A stretch of 64,000 bases of DNA from Octopus sinensis (GCF_006345805.1 NC_043024.1:6696001-6760000), one strand, 5' to 3'. Numbered from the stretch's first letter, positions 1 to 13,604 are shown. Notes: a model not told the origin generated them from the letters alone. Made by a program: numbers and translations.

Positions 1-2465
1 CACGTCTCGCAGGCATAGAGAGGAGAAGGGAGCACACATGCCTTGTACACCTTTATCTTTGTCTTTCTGCATATGTCTCGCCAACTCCAGAAGCGCTTTT
101 CTAGGCTTCCGAAAGCAACACTCGCTTTCCTAATTCTATATGGAATTCCATCATCCAAATTGCTATATCTATTAATAGTGCTTCCCTGGTAGACAAACTG
201 ATCAACTAAATCAAGTCGTTTACCATACACATAGATATATGGTACACTATACTGCTTACCAGGGGCAGGTTGATGCATGACAACAGTTTTCTTGAGATTG
301 ACTGTCAATCCTAAGGCAGTGCAAGCATCAGAGAATGCATTAAAAATGTGTTGGATATCAATCTCTGTGTGTGCTACTAGCTCACAATCATCTGCATACA
401 AAAGCTCTCTTATGATAGAGGTAAATACCTTTGTTTTTGCAGCAAAGCGCCTGATATTGAATATGCTGCCAGAGGTTCGATAAAGATGTAAACACCGTAT
501 CTGCAGTTTCTGAATGCAATACAGAACACCATCGCAAAATATATGGAAAATAGGGTCGGTGCCAGAATATCCCGCTGTTTGACTCCATTTTGTATTGAAA
601 TGGGCTCCGACATTTTCCCTCTAACAATCACCCTACCATTCATGTCTTCATGAAAAGACCTAACCAAAGCAAGGAACTTTTCAGGACACCCAAGTTTCTG
701 GAGGACTTTCCACAATGCTTTTCTATTGAAGGTATCAAAGGCTTTGTCAGATCGACAAAAACCCGATACAAATTCGGACCCTGTTCCACACACTTCTCCT
801 GAAGCTGTCTAGCTGAAAAGATCATATCAGCAGTGCCACGTCCCACACGAAAGCCAGATTGACTTTCTGGAAGAACACAGTCTGCAACGTATTTCAGCAG
901 ACGATCCAGGAGTATCCTTTCCTACGACAGACAGCAATGATACTCCCCTATAATTACCACAATCATTCCTGTTGCCCTTTCCCTTATACAGGACCACCAT
1001 TACTGCATCTCTCCAGTCCTCAGGTACAGATTCACTAGTCCATATCTTACCAAACAAAGAGTGAAGTTTCTGCAGAAGTTTCTCACTACCGTGCTGTAAC
1101 AACTCCGCATGTATGCCATCCATACCCGGAGACTTCCCATTATTCAACCTTGAGACAGCCATTGCGATTTCTTCCAACTTTGGTGGTTCTGCGAGTGCTG
1201 CCTTCACAGGTAATCCAGGGATGAGATTGAGAACATCCTCACTAACTACAGACTGCTGATTCAAAAGTTCATCAAAGTATTCTTGCCACCTTCGCAGAAT
1301 TCCTTGTGAATCACGAAGAAGTTCTTTACCATCCCTGCTTCGAAGTGGTGTCATCAGGGAAGACTCGGTCCAAACTTCTCGCAAGAGACCATACAAAAGC
1401 TTTGTGTTATTGGAATCTGATGCCGCCTGTATCTCATCAGCCTTCTTACTCCACCACGTATCCCTCATCTGAGAGAGCCTTTGCCTCACACGTGATTTTA
1501 CGTCTTCGAATTCCCTATGCAACACTTCCCTTTCCTGTGGCTTTGCTGACAAATAGCGTGACAAAGTACGTCTTTTATCAGCCAATAAATCATCTATATG
1601 TTCATCATTTTCTTTGAACCAATCTTGATGCTTTCTTTGTATCAATCCCAGAACTTTCTTGCCTATATCATAAACTGACTTTTTAAGGGTCGGCCAATCC
1701 TCCCCAATATCTGCAGCATTCATTTCCTCTCGTAAAGTTCTCTTCAAATTATTACACCTAAGACGATCAACATTCAGTCTTTTAGGCAGGGTAATCCCTA
1801 CAGCTCGGATTTTATGCTTTGTGACTAATTTCACTTTTGCACGTACTAGGCGGTGGTCCGTCCAACACTCAGCTCCACGAAGAACAAAAACACACTGCAC
1901 ATCCTGTCTGTCACGCACCCTAACTAGGATGTAATCCAGAATATGCCATTCTTTAGATGCAAGGTGCATCCATGTAGTCTTAAACTTATTCTTTTGTTGA
2001 AACATGGTATTGGTAACACACAGACGCAGCTCCTCACACATCTGCAGCAAAAGCATGCCATTACTATTACACTTCCCCACCCCATGCTTTCCAATTACAG
2101 TCCATGTGTTAAAATCCCAACCCACTCTAGCATTAAAGTCACCCAGTACGATGACTTTGTCTGCCCGAGGGATATTTCTTATAATACCCTTCAAAGCATG
2201 GTAGAAAGAAAGTTTTTCGTCATCAGTATCGCACATAGTTGGAGCATACACACTCACCAAGGTCACATAATTTCCTTTAACCAAAGGAATTCTCATGGAC
2301 ATTAAGACGCTCGTTAATTCCGACTGGGAATTCTTCCAACTTGTCCACAAGAGTAGTCTTAACAGCAAAAGAATGTATATTTTCCACAAGATTCTGTAAG
2401 ATGACCATCTCCAGGTAATCTCGTCTCAGATAAAGCAACGATGTCAAGATCATAGCGTTGAAGCA
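1..2465 (-). mobile_element. Degenerate RTE-clade non-LTR retrotransposon (AP endonuclease + reverse transcriptase), frameshifted; continues beyond window start
   Basis: ORF 2359-2634 contains LQRYDLDIVALSETRL (APE N-terminus). ORF 827-2389 has SVYAPT, LGDFNARVG, LDYIL, TDHRLV and the RT start GNYRGVSLLSVVGK. ORFs 640-846 (TADMIFSARQLQEKC) and 410-793 (KAFD, GVKQ..LAPTLFSIY) follow in other frames. The minus strand near 330-400 reads ELLYADD. Confidence 0.95.
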
Positions 2466-2633
2466 TACATACATGCATACATACATACATACATACATAC
2501 ATACATACATACATGCATGCATGCATGCATACATACATGCATACATGCATACCTACATGCATACATACATATATGCATGCATACATGCATACATACATAT
2601 ATGCATGCATACATACATACATACATACATACA
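2465..2633. repeat. (TACA)n/(TGCA) microsatellite at the 5' end of the RTE remnant
   Basis: Direct read of catacatacat.../catgcatgc array. Confidence 0.95.
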
Positions 2634-2854
2634 TAGTTGATATCCATAGGATGATATCTGCACTAATATGTATGCTATAAATTGCATCGTACAGTTGTGC
2701 ATTTTACAAACAAATTGATTTGTAGCATATTCTTCAGATCGAGAATATTTCGTGGTTACATCAGTTTTTCCACACATACGAAAAAATAACAGATTGAAGA
2801 TGATTTCTATTTCTTTTTTCTTTTTGTTGTTGTTTTATGTGTATAAATCTCTTT

Positions 2855-3073
2855 CTCTCTTTTACTTGTTTCAGTCATTTGACTGCAGCCATGCTGGAGC
2901 ACCGCCTTTAGTCGAGCAAATCGACCCCGGGACTTATTCTTTGTAAGCCCAGTACTTATTCTATCGGTCTCTTTTGCCGAACCGCTAAGTGACGGGAACG
3001 TAAACACACCAGCATCGGTTGTCAAGCAATGCTAGAGGGACAAACACAGACACACAAACATATACACACACAT

Positions 3074-3128
<55 letters not shown>

Positions 3129-3295
3129 TACGACAGGCTTCTTTCAGTTTCCGTCTACTAAATCCACTCACATGGATTTGGTCGGCACGAGGCTATAGCA
3201 GAAGACACTTGCCCAAGGTGTCACGCAGTGGGACTGAACCCGGAACCATGTGGTTGGTAAGCAAGCTACTTACCACACAACCACTCCTGCGCCTA
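2855..3295 (-). mobile_element. tRNA-derived SINE, family A (full length, with internal (CA)n/(TA)n)
   Basis: Minus strand: head GTGGTAAGTAGCTTGC...GGTTCCGGGTTCAGTCCC (A/B-box-like), CORE-like CCTTGGGCAAGTGTCTT, tail GGCGGTGCTCCAGCATGG...CAGTCAAATGACTGAAAC. At least 10 related copies in the window. Possibly the octopus OR-type SINE (from memory). Confidence 0.9.
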
Positions 3296-4134
3296 TGTCT
3301 GCACGAAATAGATAAACAACACCTTCGTTTATCGGGACATTATTAATTGTCTCCAAAAATGTATATATATATATATATATGGCGGTGCCCCAGCATGGCC
3401 ACAGCTCATGAGCTGAAACTAGAATCAATCAATCAATCAATCAATCATATATATATATATATATTCCTAATTCGTGTCTTTCACATTTTCTTCTTGGGCG
3501 TCCAATGTGCATGTATTTTCGCCCATTCTTTCGTAGACTCCATTTCACCGTGGTCATTACAAAAACAGTTTGGATTGTCATGATGGATGTAGCAAAACTT
3601 GCTCATCAGGGACGGAAATAACACGGGGGAGCGCACACATACACACACACACAGAAAACAAATGACAAATGCAGTGAAACGCAGAACACACGAAAAACAA
3701 ACAAGGGACTCGTACACAGACACATATACAGACGACATTACATGTACACAAGCAATTTTCCCTCATTCATAAGCACATTCTATTTGTCAAAAGTCAACAA
3801 ACCCTATACTTTATGACGGTCGCGGCGGAGGAGGAGGGATTTGTCACCGTTTCTCCTGATATTTGCATAAACATACATAAACTGTTCACACAAATGCACA
3901 CATGCAGCCCTACACAGAAAACGCACACAAACCAGACACACACACACTCTCTCTCTCACACACACACATGCATGCTCACAAATATGCATACATACACACG
4001 ACAAAATTGCATAACAAATACGTACATACAAGACAATGGAGCAGCCATTCTGTGATCTCTCGACCAGTTAGAAACAGTAGCCACATCTCCCTCAAGTCAC
4101 ATCGCATTGTGATATACATGTTTATTGGTGGCGA

Positions 4135-4235
4135 AATGGCAGAATCATAAGATTATCGGGCAAAATGCTGAGCGGTATTTCGTCAGTCTTGATGTTCTGA
4201 GTTCAGGTTCCACTGAGGTCGATAGTCACCGGTTG
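4135..4235 (+). mobile_element. SINE family B, degenerate head fragment
   Basis: ggcgaaatggcagaatc...aaatgctgagcggtatttcgtc...gttctgagttca resembles the copy at 22650. Confidence 0.7.
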
Positions 4236-4299
4236 TCAAGCGGTGTTGAGAGACAAACATAGGCACAAAGACGCACGTATATTTGTGTAGATACTACGG

Positions 4300-4452
4300 G
4301 CTTCTTTCAGTTTTCCTCTACCAAATCCACTCACAAGGCTTTAGTTAACCATAGGTTATAGTAGCAGCCATTTTCCCAAGGTGTCACGCAGTAGGACTGA
4401 ACCCGGAACCATGAGGTTGCGAAGCAAGCTTCTTACCACACAGCCACGCCTG
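4300..4452 (-). mobile_element. SINE family A, head half
   Basis: Similar to 3130-3295. Confidence 0.85.
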
Positions 4453-4573
4453 AGACTAAGTTTGATAAAATGTATACGTGACCAAACAATAATTAATGTA
4501 TATATATATATATTATTAGATGAAGAATTGCGATATATTCTATTCATAACCCTTGATTCAATAACAGTGTATA

Positions 4574-4578
<5 letters not shown>

Positions 4579-4663
<85 letters not shown>

Positions 4664-4718
4664 ATATATTTATATATTTATATATATATATATATATATT
4701 TATATATTTATATATATA
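4579..4718. repeat. (TA)n, left flank of LTR element
   Basis: Direct read. Confidence 0.95.
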
Positions 4719-5310
4719 TGTAACTAACCTGTGTGTGAGTGAATATCTTGTCTTGTACTTTCGGGGTACAAGAAAGCAATCACTCACTAGCCGTTGCTTT
4801 AATAATCCAGAATCTCTGCCCGTCAGAAACAACAAGACGCAGACGTAAAATATATATATAACTACTTTATTCTCTTTCTTGGTAACAATAACAATAAGTG
4901 TGTTATCTGATGTCCTTGGTTCTAGGCGCGCAAGGCTGAAAGTTAATAGATTGTAATATTTACAATGTTCAGCCGCAAAACAGAAACGGATTCAAGATGG
5001 CGTCGAACAATGGAGACGATGTTGGTCTGCAATAATTTTGGTTAAAGGCCTTTTGGTAAGGACTGCTAGAATCAGTTCGAACGGAGAGAAAATATTAACG
5101 TCCTGCTCCTTAGGTCGCTGCTGTCCCAAGTCGCCGCTGCTGCTGCCAGCGGTCAAACGTTCTACGACACCCTTGCCTTGGCAAAGGGTTCTTCCGGTGC
5201 TTCGCGCATGCGCGAGAGGGCCCTTCCTTTCTGTGCCTTGGTGAAGGCACCAACACGCGCGAAATACAAATGGACGGTGTGCGAGCGCGCGCCGTTGTAG
5301 GATCACTACA
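4719..5310 (-). repeat. 3' LTR
   Basis: TGTAAC...CACTACA on plus; near-identical to 6847-7431. Confidence 0.92.
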
Positions 5311-6825
5311 GGCACTCCTCCAGTGCGTACGCACGAAAGAAAACTTATTGTAGTGACTGCAAAACTCAAGGTGGACAACAGATAACCAAATAGCACACAA
5401 TAATATAATGGCAAAATTTATAACATACACAAGAAATTTACTAAAGGAAAAAGAGAAAAAATACTCAATGAGCAAAAATCAAGAGTGCATGCATGAAAGT
5501 GTATACGTCACAAAGTATAAACCCTTCCGCTGAAAGGAGCGGAGGGAAGCAAACTCACAGTCAATGAACCTAAACGAAATTAAAATCCAACTTCTCTAAA
5601 GGTGGTTGATCCTGCAAAATAGCAGTTAAATCAATTGCTGCAGGAGAGGAAATGGAATTGACAGAAGCTCGCTAGTAACACAAAAGGCAAAAGTGCAAAC
5701 ATGCTGGTGTGATGCGCGACACAGATAATTTTCTCTGTTAATTACGTGACCAACAGTGGTCTAACAGGGAAAAATAATTACGCCTAAACATGGCGCAGCG
5801 CATGTGAACATCCGACGTCCTATGAGTCGGGAAAAGAATTAAGCTAACGCAAACGTGTTGCAAAAAACAAGGCAATACACGTGCGAAGCAAGGCGCATGA
5901 AATGCAATAGTGCTTGCCAAACCAAAAACCAGCAAGAATATGCCAGTGGTTGAGCGATTATATGCCTCGTTCGCATAGGAACAAAAGTATGACATGCTGG
6001 CGCGTTATAATGAACAAACAAACCTCTCTATGTATACGTGACCGCTAGGGTCTATAGAAATGAGGGGTGTCCACAAAAGGCAAATTCAGCATGGAAAAAA
6101 AACAAGCGAGAAAAGCATGTGTGACGTATGTATGTGAGAGAGAGCATTTATGTGTGTGTACGTGTGTGCGACAGAAATACATACAAGGTGAATGCGAGCA
6201 AAATATAAAAACAGCGCATAGAAAAAATGTCTCTCGGGCTATTCCAGACAATGGAATTAGTTTACCAGTCTATAATAGCCTGATGCACAATAGCAGTTCG
6301 TTCTGTAACAGAATGTTGAGATCACAAATGCAGATGCCGATTGAACACATATCGTGTAGCGGTTGTGGCTTCAATGCTGTGACAGGTTAACTGGAACAGA
6401 AGAATCTCGTAGATAGACGGTGCTGTGAATCCTTGGTGTGCATATGCACAAAACAGCGTGCACGCTAAAGTTCCGCGAGTTGCTATGTACATCTTGTGGA
6501 GGTCGACGGTGTTGAAAGGCGACGGTGGTGGTGGCGACTGTAGTGGACTTGAGACAACATCGTTCTTAGTGATGATGGCGACGAAGATAGCGACGACGTG
6601 AAGTAGACAGACGACGATGATGATGACGAAGGCAGAGAAAAAACATCGATGATACGATGGCGTTCGTCATCATGGCTGTAGAATAAGAAAAGGGCTCCTT
6701 CTACAACTGTTTGTGGTGGCCGGAAACAAATCGTCGAAAGATGAATGCGTAGAGTTAAATCGTGTTCCGACTTCGCAGAAAAACTGGATTTTTTTGTTGA
6801 TAAGTGATCTCTGGTTTTAGACTAG

Positions 6826-6845
6826 AATCACGTCGGGGGTCACCA
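6826..6845 (-). promoter_or_regulatory. Primer-binding site complementary to the 3' end of tRNA-Trp
   Basis: Plus strand AATCACGTCGGGGGTCACCA matches the eukaryotic tRNA-Trp 3' end AATCACGTCGGGGTCACCA with one extra G; lies 1 nt from the LTR end. Confidence 0.88.
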
Positions 6846-6846
6846 C

Positions 6847-7840
<994 letters not shown>

Positions 7841-7846
7841 GCTTGT

Positions 7847-7886
7847 GTCTTTCTGTTGAAGAGCGTAGGCTCGAAACGTAAAAGAC
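7847..7886 (+). ncRNA. Minimal type-I hammerhead-ribozyme-like motif (A6->U variant), start of a Penelope pLTR-like repeat
   Basis: GTCTTT-CTGTTGA-A-GAGC(GTAG)GCTC-GAAA-CG-TA-AAAGAC: 6-bp stem I, 4-bp stem II. Degenerate related copy on the minus strand at about 62630-62725. Confidence 0.6.
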
Positions 7887-8163
7887 TTTCTCACCTTCCC
7901 GAGTGTTAAACCAATACACCCGCTTGTTGTTTATATATGTGTCTTCGCCTTTTTGTTTTACGGTAAATTTCAACTATATATATATACATGTATTGCTGTG
8001 TTATATTTTTTATACATATTTTAATGCATTTCAATTTCCACGTATTAATTATATTTCCATCATTAAGTTCAATATGTATTTTATTCAATGTAAGGTTTTT
8101 CCTCGAATTTATAATTTTATCATATATATTATATTATATATATATGATATATATATATATATA

Positions 8164-8536
8164 TCTATATATATTTGTCTGTGCGTGTTTCTGTGTCTGT
8201 GCTGTTTGTACCCTCACCCTGACCACGGCTTTCAACCGATTCTGATGAAACTTGACACACACATAGCCCAATGTCATAATTCAAAACTAACGCATTGAAA
8301 ATTTTGAAAAGTTCCCCCAGTTCTGAAAAAAATCGATATAATTCGACATGGGGTCGAGAATCAGAAACACACAACCGCAAACTGTCTAGGGGACGCAACT
8401 CCACCTTTTTTTACTCTCAAAAAAAATTTACCATAATTTTTTTCCATTTTTTGGCTATTTTTTGGCTATAACTCTCTAAAAATGCTTTATAGTTATTTCC
8501 CTTACAAACCTGAGCAACGCCGGGCGATACTGCTAG
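8164..8536 (+). mobile_element. Non-autonomous Helitron-like element
   Basis: 5' TCTATATATAT; 3' hairpin cctg-agcaacgc-cggg followed by CTAG; A|T insertion context. 3' end similar to 27077-27466. Confidence 0.7.
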
Positions 8537-8669
8537 TATATATATATTTGAGCTCATCTTTGTTTATCGCTCGAAAATTGACCGTTATTTCTAAAGGGCC
8601 AATCAAACAAGTCCATTTTTTAAAGATGTAGCGTTTGTAATAGTCTGGATAGAATTGACATATCGGTTC

Positions 8670-8755
8670 CATTCTAGCAAAAACTGTCCGATGAACGGCA
8701 ACGGGAAACTCAGAGTAACAGGCTTTGTTGAATTTTCTGCTGCTTTAAATAAAGT
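8670..8755 (+). repeat. Single-arm copy of the hammerhead-like Penelope pLTR unit that is palindromic at 41824-41977
   Basis: ttctagcaaaaactgtccgatgaacggcaacgggaaactcagagtaacagg...ttctgctgctttaaataa is nearly identical to 41898-41977. Confidence 0.85.
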
Positions 8756-8851
8756 ATATATATATATATATATATATAGATATATATATATATAGATAGA
8801 TAGATAAATGAAAGAATGGAGTCGAACGACGATTTAACAAAATTCCTTTAT

Positions 8852-8933
8852 TCTCGACATATGTTTCGAAGACTGCATATTCTTAATTCCGAAGGAATAA
8901 AGGGTGCATTATGCCGCCTTCTCATCAGGAAAG
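8852..8933 (-). ncRNA. Type-I hammerhead ribozyme, minimal palindromic stem III, extended stem II
   Basis: Minus: CTTTC-CTGATGA-GAAG...CTTC-GAAAC-ATAT-GTC-GAGAA. Complete core with G10.1-C11.1 and a GUC cleavage triplet. Confidence 0.8.
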
Positions 8934-9298
8934 ACAAGGAACTTATGTCAGCATCATGACGAACAAAAACTTTTAGATGACTGCCCACACGGAGTCCATA
9001 GTGATAACTCTGACGTAAATTTGCTACCCGGGTATCGGTTAACCGAATTATCCATACTAGGATAATTCATTCAACTACTTATATATATATATATATATAT
9101 GAATATTTATATTTGTGTATATTTATTCTTGTAATTGTTTAGGCTGAATGCTATCCGTTGTACAAAATCTCGTTTCACATCTCGTTTCCATTCAGATTAA
9201 GAGATATGGCAGCTACGTAAATCAATTCAAACTCAAGTTGAATAAATGCAAAATTTTCAGGAAACATCTTGGTGCCACATTAACATCAATCTGTGTAC

Positions 9299-9337
<39 letters not shown>

Positions 9338-9400
9338 ACACTCATATGTACTTGCTTCTCTCTGTGTTTATGTGTATATATGTTAGATATGTGTACGTGT

Positions 9401-9450
<50 letters not shown>

Positions 9451-9776
9451 TGTGTGTGTGTGGTGTACGTGTGTGCGTGTGTGTCAAAAGGGTATTTTCC
9501 ACTAAAATCGGTCAATATTTAATTCGAAATTAATTAGAACTTCGGCCATAGTGTCCAAGGGGAGGAAGTGGACCGTAAAGGACCTACCCATGACTGTATT
9601 TCACATAGCACTTATGTATGTGTGCGTGCATGTATGTGCATGTGTATGTGTGTGCATGTGTGTGTGTGCGTGTGAGTGCGTGCGTGTGTGCATGTGTATG
9701 TGTGCGTGTGAGTTTGTGCTTGTGTATGTGTGCGTGTGAGTTTGTGCATGTGTGTGTGTGTTTGTGTGTGTGTGTG

Positions 9777-9810
<34 letters not shown>

Positions 9811-10142
9811 ATAAGGCCCCTTTCGAGAACAACAATGTTATTGATGTTGGTTCCGCTTTACGGCGAACATCTGTTTATTGGAGCAATTGGGGAAAGAGAG
9901 AGAGAGGGGGGAGAGGGGGGAGAGAGAGAAAGAGGGAGAGAGAGAGGGGGAGAGCAGGAAAGAGTGTGAGAAGATGAGAGAGAGGGCAATAGTTATTCTA
10001 GGGACCCCACCGAGGCTCAGTTGTGATGCTGGTGTTCGAGTTGTTAGTAAGGGACAGCTTTGGTAGATGGGTCGCTGGGAGTGGAGGGGGAGTGTTGGTG
10101 ATTCATGGAGAGAATTAAAGCCTTGATGATGACGATGACGAC

Positions 10143-10174
<32 letters not shown>

Positions 10175-10504
10175 CGACGACGACGATGGTGACGATGACG
10201 ACGACGACAATGATTACGCTGTTACAAAGCGATCTGAGATAAGCTGTTACATATTCCCTACCAATCAACAACAACAAGACTAACATTACACCGACATCCT
10301 ACGTAACCCCAAAACCCCACCAACACCACCACTACCACCGTCACCTCTGCTATTCCCATTCTCCCATCTTTCTCTTTTAGTAGTTTCCTCTTCCTTACTT
10401 CTTAATCCTTCCACCCCGCCCACCCTGTTGCTCAACCAAACCACTCTTCTTCCTCCTTACAATGCAGATATCTTCCCCACCAAACGCTCTTCCCTTCAAT
10501 GCAC

Positions 10505-10520
10505 ACACACACACACATAT

Positions 10521-10567
<47 letters not shown>

Positions 10568-10586
10568 GATATTATATATATATATA

Positions 10587-10640
<54 letters not shown>

Positions 10641-10710
10641 TATACATATATATATATGTAATATATATATATATATATATATGTATATTATATATATATA
10701 TATATATATG

Positions 10711-10758
<48 letters not shown>

Positions 10759-11032
10759 TATATCTATATATATATATATACATATATCTATATATATTAT
10801 ATATATATATATCTAATATATCATAACCATATATATATACATATAAGTATATATATATACATATATATATACAATATATATTATATTATGTATATATATA
10901 TACATATATATATATACATACATATATACATATATATGTGTATATATTTATATACACATATAAACACACACGTGTGTATATTTATGTATGCATATAAATA
11001 TAAATGTTTGTGTATATGTATATATATATGTG

Positions 11033-11067
<35 letters not shown>

Positions 11068-11207
11068 ATGTGAATCTATATATATATATACATACATATA
11101 CATACATATATATCAAATATATATACATATATATATATATACACATATATACATATATATATATATATATATAATATATATATATATATGTGTGTGTGTG
11201 GTGTGTG

Positions 11208-11235
<28 letters not shown>
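10505..11235. repeat. Compound (TA)n/(CA)n/(GT)n microsatellite block
   Basis: Direct read; source of spurious YIYI ORFs. Confidence 0.95.
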
Positions 11236-11238
<3 letters not shown>

Positions 11239-11699
11239 ATTCGCCAGGCATCACTCTGCTCATATATAACATCTGATATAGCTATCTCACTTATCTTCCC
11301 ATGATTCAGCTGACAGAATATACTTCCGCTCGTATTATATTTGCGCGTGTTCATGTGTGTGTATTTGCATGCATTTGTGTGAGTGTCTATGTGTATGTGT
11401 CTGTTAGTACACATGCGTCTTTTGTTACACCAAAGGGGAACAAAGTACTGCATGTATGTTTGTATGTATGTATGTATGTATGTCTACGTATAATGTTAGG
11501 TTTAATTGTTTTTTAATGCGAAGTTAGTAGATGATGTCATCGCTTCTTCGAGTTACCTGCTGTGGTGCGTTCTAGCGTTTTGTCGACAAAATGAAAGAAC
11601 GTGCCAGAGCGAGGAAACTCCAAGTAGTGATGACGTAATTAACTAACTTCATCCTTTTAATACACACACACACCATACACACACTCACACATAAAAATT

Positions 11700-11945
11700 G
11701 GCACTCCATTGGGGCTCCTGTTGATCCCATCAACGAAACAGCCAACTGCTGAAATTAACGTGCAAGTGGCTGGGCACTCCTTAGACTTGTGTACCCTTTA
11801 ATGTAGTTCTCGAGGAGATTCAGTGTGACACAGAATGTGACAAGACTGACTTTTTGAATTGCAAGTTGAGTAACATGGAAATAAAGTGTCTTGCTTAAGG
11901 ACACAACGCACTATTGGCAATCGAACGCACAACCTTACGATTGTA
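11700..11945 (-). mobile_element. SINE family C (tRNA-like head, conserved central domain)
   Basis: Reverse complement resembles 43635-43900 and 44175-44340 (gtgtccttaagcaagacact...cacattctgtgtcacactgaatctcctcgagaactac). Confidence 0.7.
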
Positions 11946-12337
11946 GCCTGTCAGAAAAGCTGTTTTAGTGGTCGTGTCATAGCACTGTTGTGCGATGGCA
12001 TTCTCCGGTAAATCAGGGCTGGGTGCGTATGAATACCAAAGGCAGTTCTCTGCCCATGAAGTGAAGCGGGAGTTTTAATCAGTTAGTGGAAAGACGGCGG
12101 ACCAGCAACATCGCTTCTTCATCACAAACAGTTTTCCACACTAACTTTGCGCAGCTAACTCTGAATTATATAGGCTCTCGATTTATCACATTATGAACAG
12201 CCTATTTCATTTATGCCCAGTTCGCTCCGCGAAATTCTGACCTCAGCCCACTACTCTGGTCATGCTATGAGCTGTATGTTATGTTTCGTTTCTGTTAGCT
12301 TATAATGACTTCCAACTGAATCTATTTTTCAAACGTA

Positions 12338-12688
12338 GGAGCACCGCCTTTAGTCGACCAAATCGACCCCAGGACTTATTCTTTGTAAGCCTAGTACTTA
12401 TTCTATCGGTCTTATTTGCCGAACCGATAAGTTACGAGGACGTAAACACACCAGCATCGGTTGTCAAGTGATGTCGGGGAGGCAAGCACAGACACATACA
12501 CACACATATACATAAATATAAATACGACAGGCTTTTTTCAGTTTCCGTCTACCAAATCCACTCACAAGGGTTTGGTCGGCCTGAGGCTATAGTAGAAGAC
12601 ACTCTCCCAAGGTGCCACGCAGTGGGACTGAACCCGGAAGCATGTGATTGGTAAGCAAGCTACTTACCACACAACCACTACTGCGCCT
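12338..12688 (-). mobile_element. SINE family A, near full length
   Basis: Colinear with 2855-3295. Confidence 0.9.
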
Positions 12689-12816
12689 CTCGTTGATAAA
12701 AAATATTATTGTATAAAAATTGCCTTCTGGTATGTTTCCTTTTATCAACTTTCATGCTATAGATTAGCGACCACTCACATTAAATTGCTGACACTGTGAA
12801 TGGACACTCGCTAAAG

Positions 12817-13560
12817 TGGTGACGACCCGACGTCAAAATATTTCTTCAAAGAAAAAACAAAAAAACAACTTGTGGCATCCGTCACACGCTAGCTTCATCC
12901 CCCGTTTCAACCACGTGGGTGCATTTGCTTTCAAGATGGCTACCCTTCTTGCCGATCTTCCTTATTCCCACGTAACCTCGTGCTGCCTTACGCATGCGCA
13001 GTTGTACTCAAAGCGCATGTCTTGCCTCCTTTAGGATTAATTTTTCCCGCTCGTCGCCATGGTCACATCATAGACGAAGATGGCATTCGGCTTCTACCAG
13101 ACGATTGAGAACCGTGTGAAACAATGATACTCCATCTCATCAAAGTTCTTCACCGCATGTCGAGAAATGGTCACCAAAGACACTGACTGCCAAGGTGGCG
13201 GGGACATCCACCCCAAACTATTAACAAACTTGCCATTTGCAGATTACATCACACCTATCACCGAACCATAGAGCAGTTGCAGACAAGCCCGTCGCTGAGA
13301 TGGGTCACAGGAGGGTACTGTCCCACCACGATTCTGTGGTGCACCCTCAGATTTAGAAAATACCATTTACAAAAATCTTCCTGCAAAACATTTCTTGAAG
13401 TCTGATTAACATGTCTATCGCTAAGATGGGTCACTGGACGGCACTGCCCTATCACTACTCAATGGTGCACTCTCAGATTTAGAAAATACCGTTTACAAAA
13501 ATCTTCCTGCGATACAAATTAGGGTCCACCCAGAATATTCTGAAAGCACCAAAGTTTCGC
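12817..13560 (+). mobile_element. Decayed Gypsy (CsRn1-like) internal remnant with tRNA-Trp-like PBS and a 126-bp tandem duplication
   Basis: TGGTGACGACCCGACGT at about 12817. Plus-strand reading GHIIDEDGIRLLP near 13060-13100 matches the gypsy RT end FLGH.I...GI.PLP. Tandem units start at 13292 and 13418. Confidence 0.55.
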
Positions 13561-13604
13561 GACGTCTTTTTATGGCACAGAGTGAATATGTGCCGGGAGA
13601 CGGG

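Noticed and set aside
3481-3640. Protein-like peptide FCYIHHDNPNCFCNDHGEMESTKEW and a CTGATGAG word on the minus strand
   Set aside because: No family recognised, no clear splice sites, and no matching GAAA/stem arrangement for a hammerhead.
4992-5414. 140-aa ORF repeated at 7113-7430
   Set aside because: It lies within the LTRs, so its recurrence is due to LTR duplication; no recognisable protein family.
6255-6370. Cys-rich reading CVQ...CYRTNCYCASGYYR inside the LTR element (possible captured EGF-like exon)
   Set aside because: Only about 38 codons between stops, with an incomplete cysteine pattern; likely chance. BLASTX would settle it.
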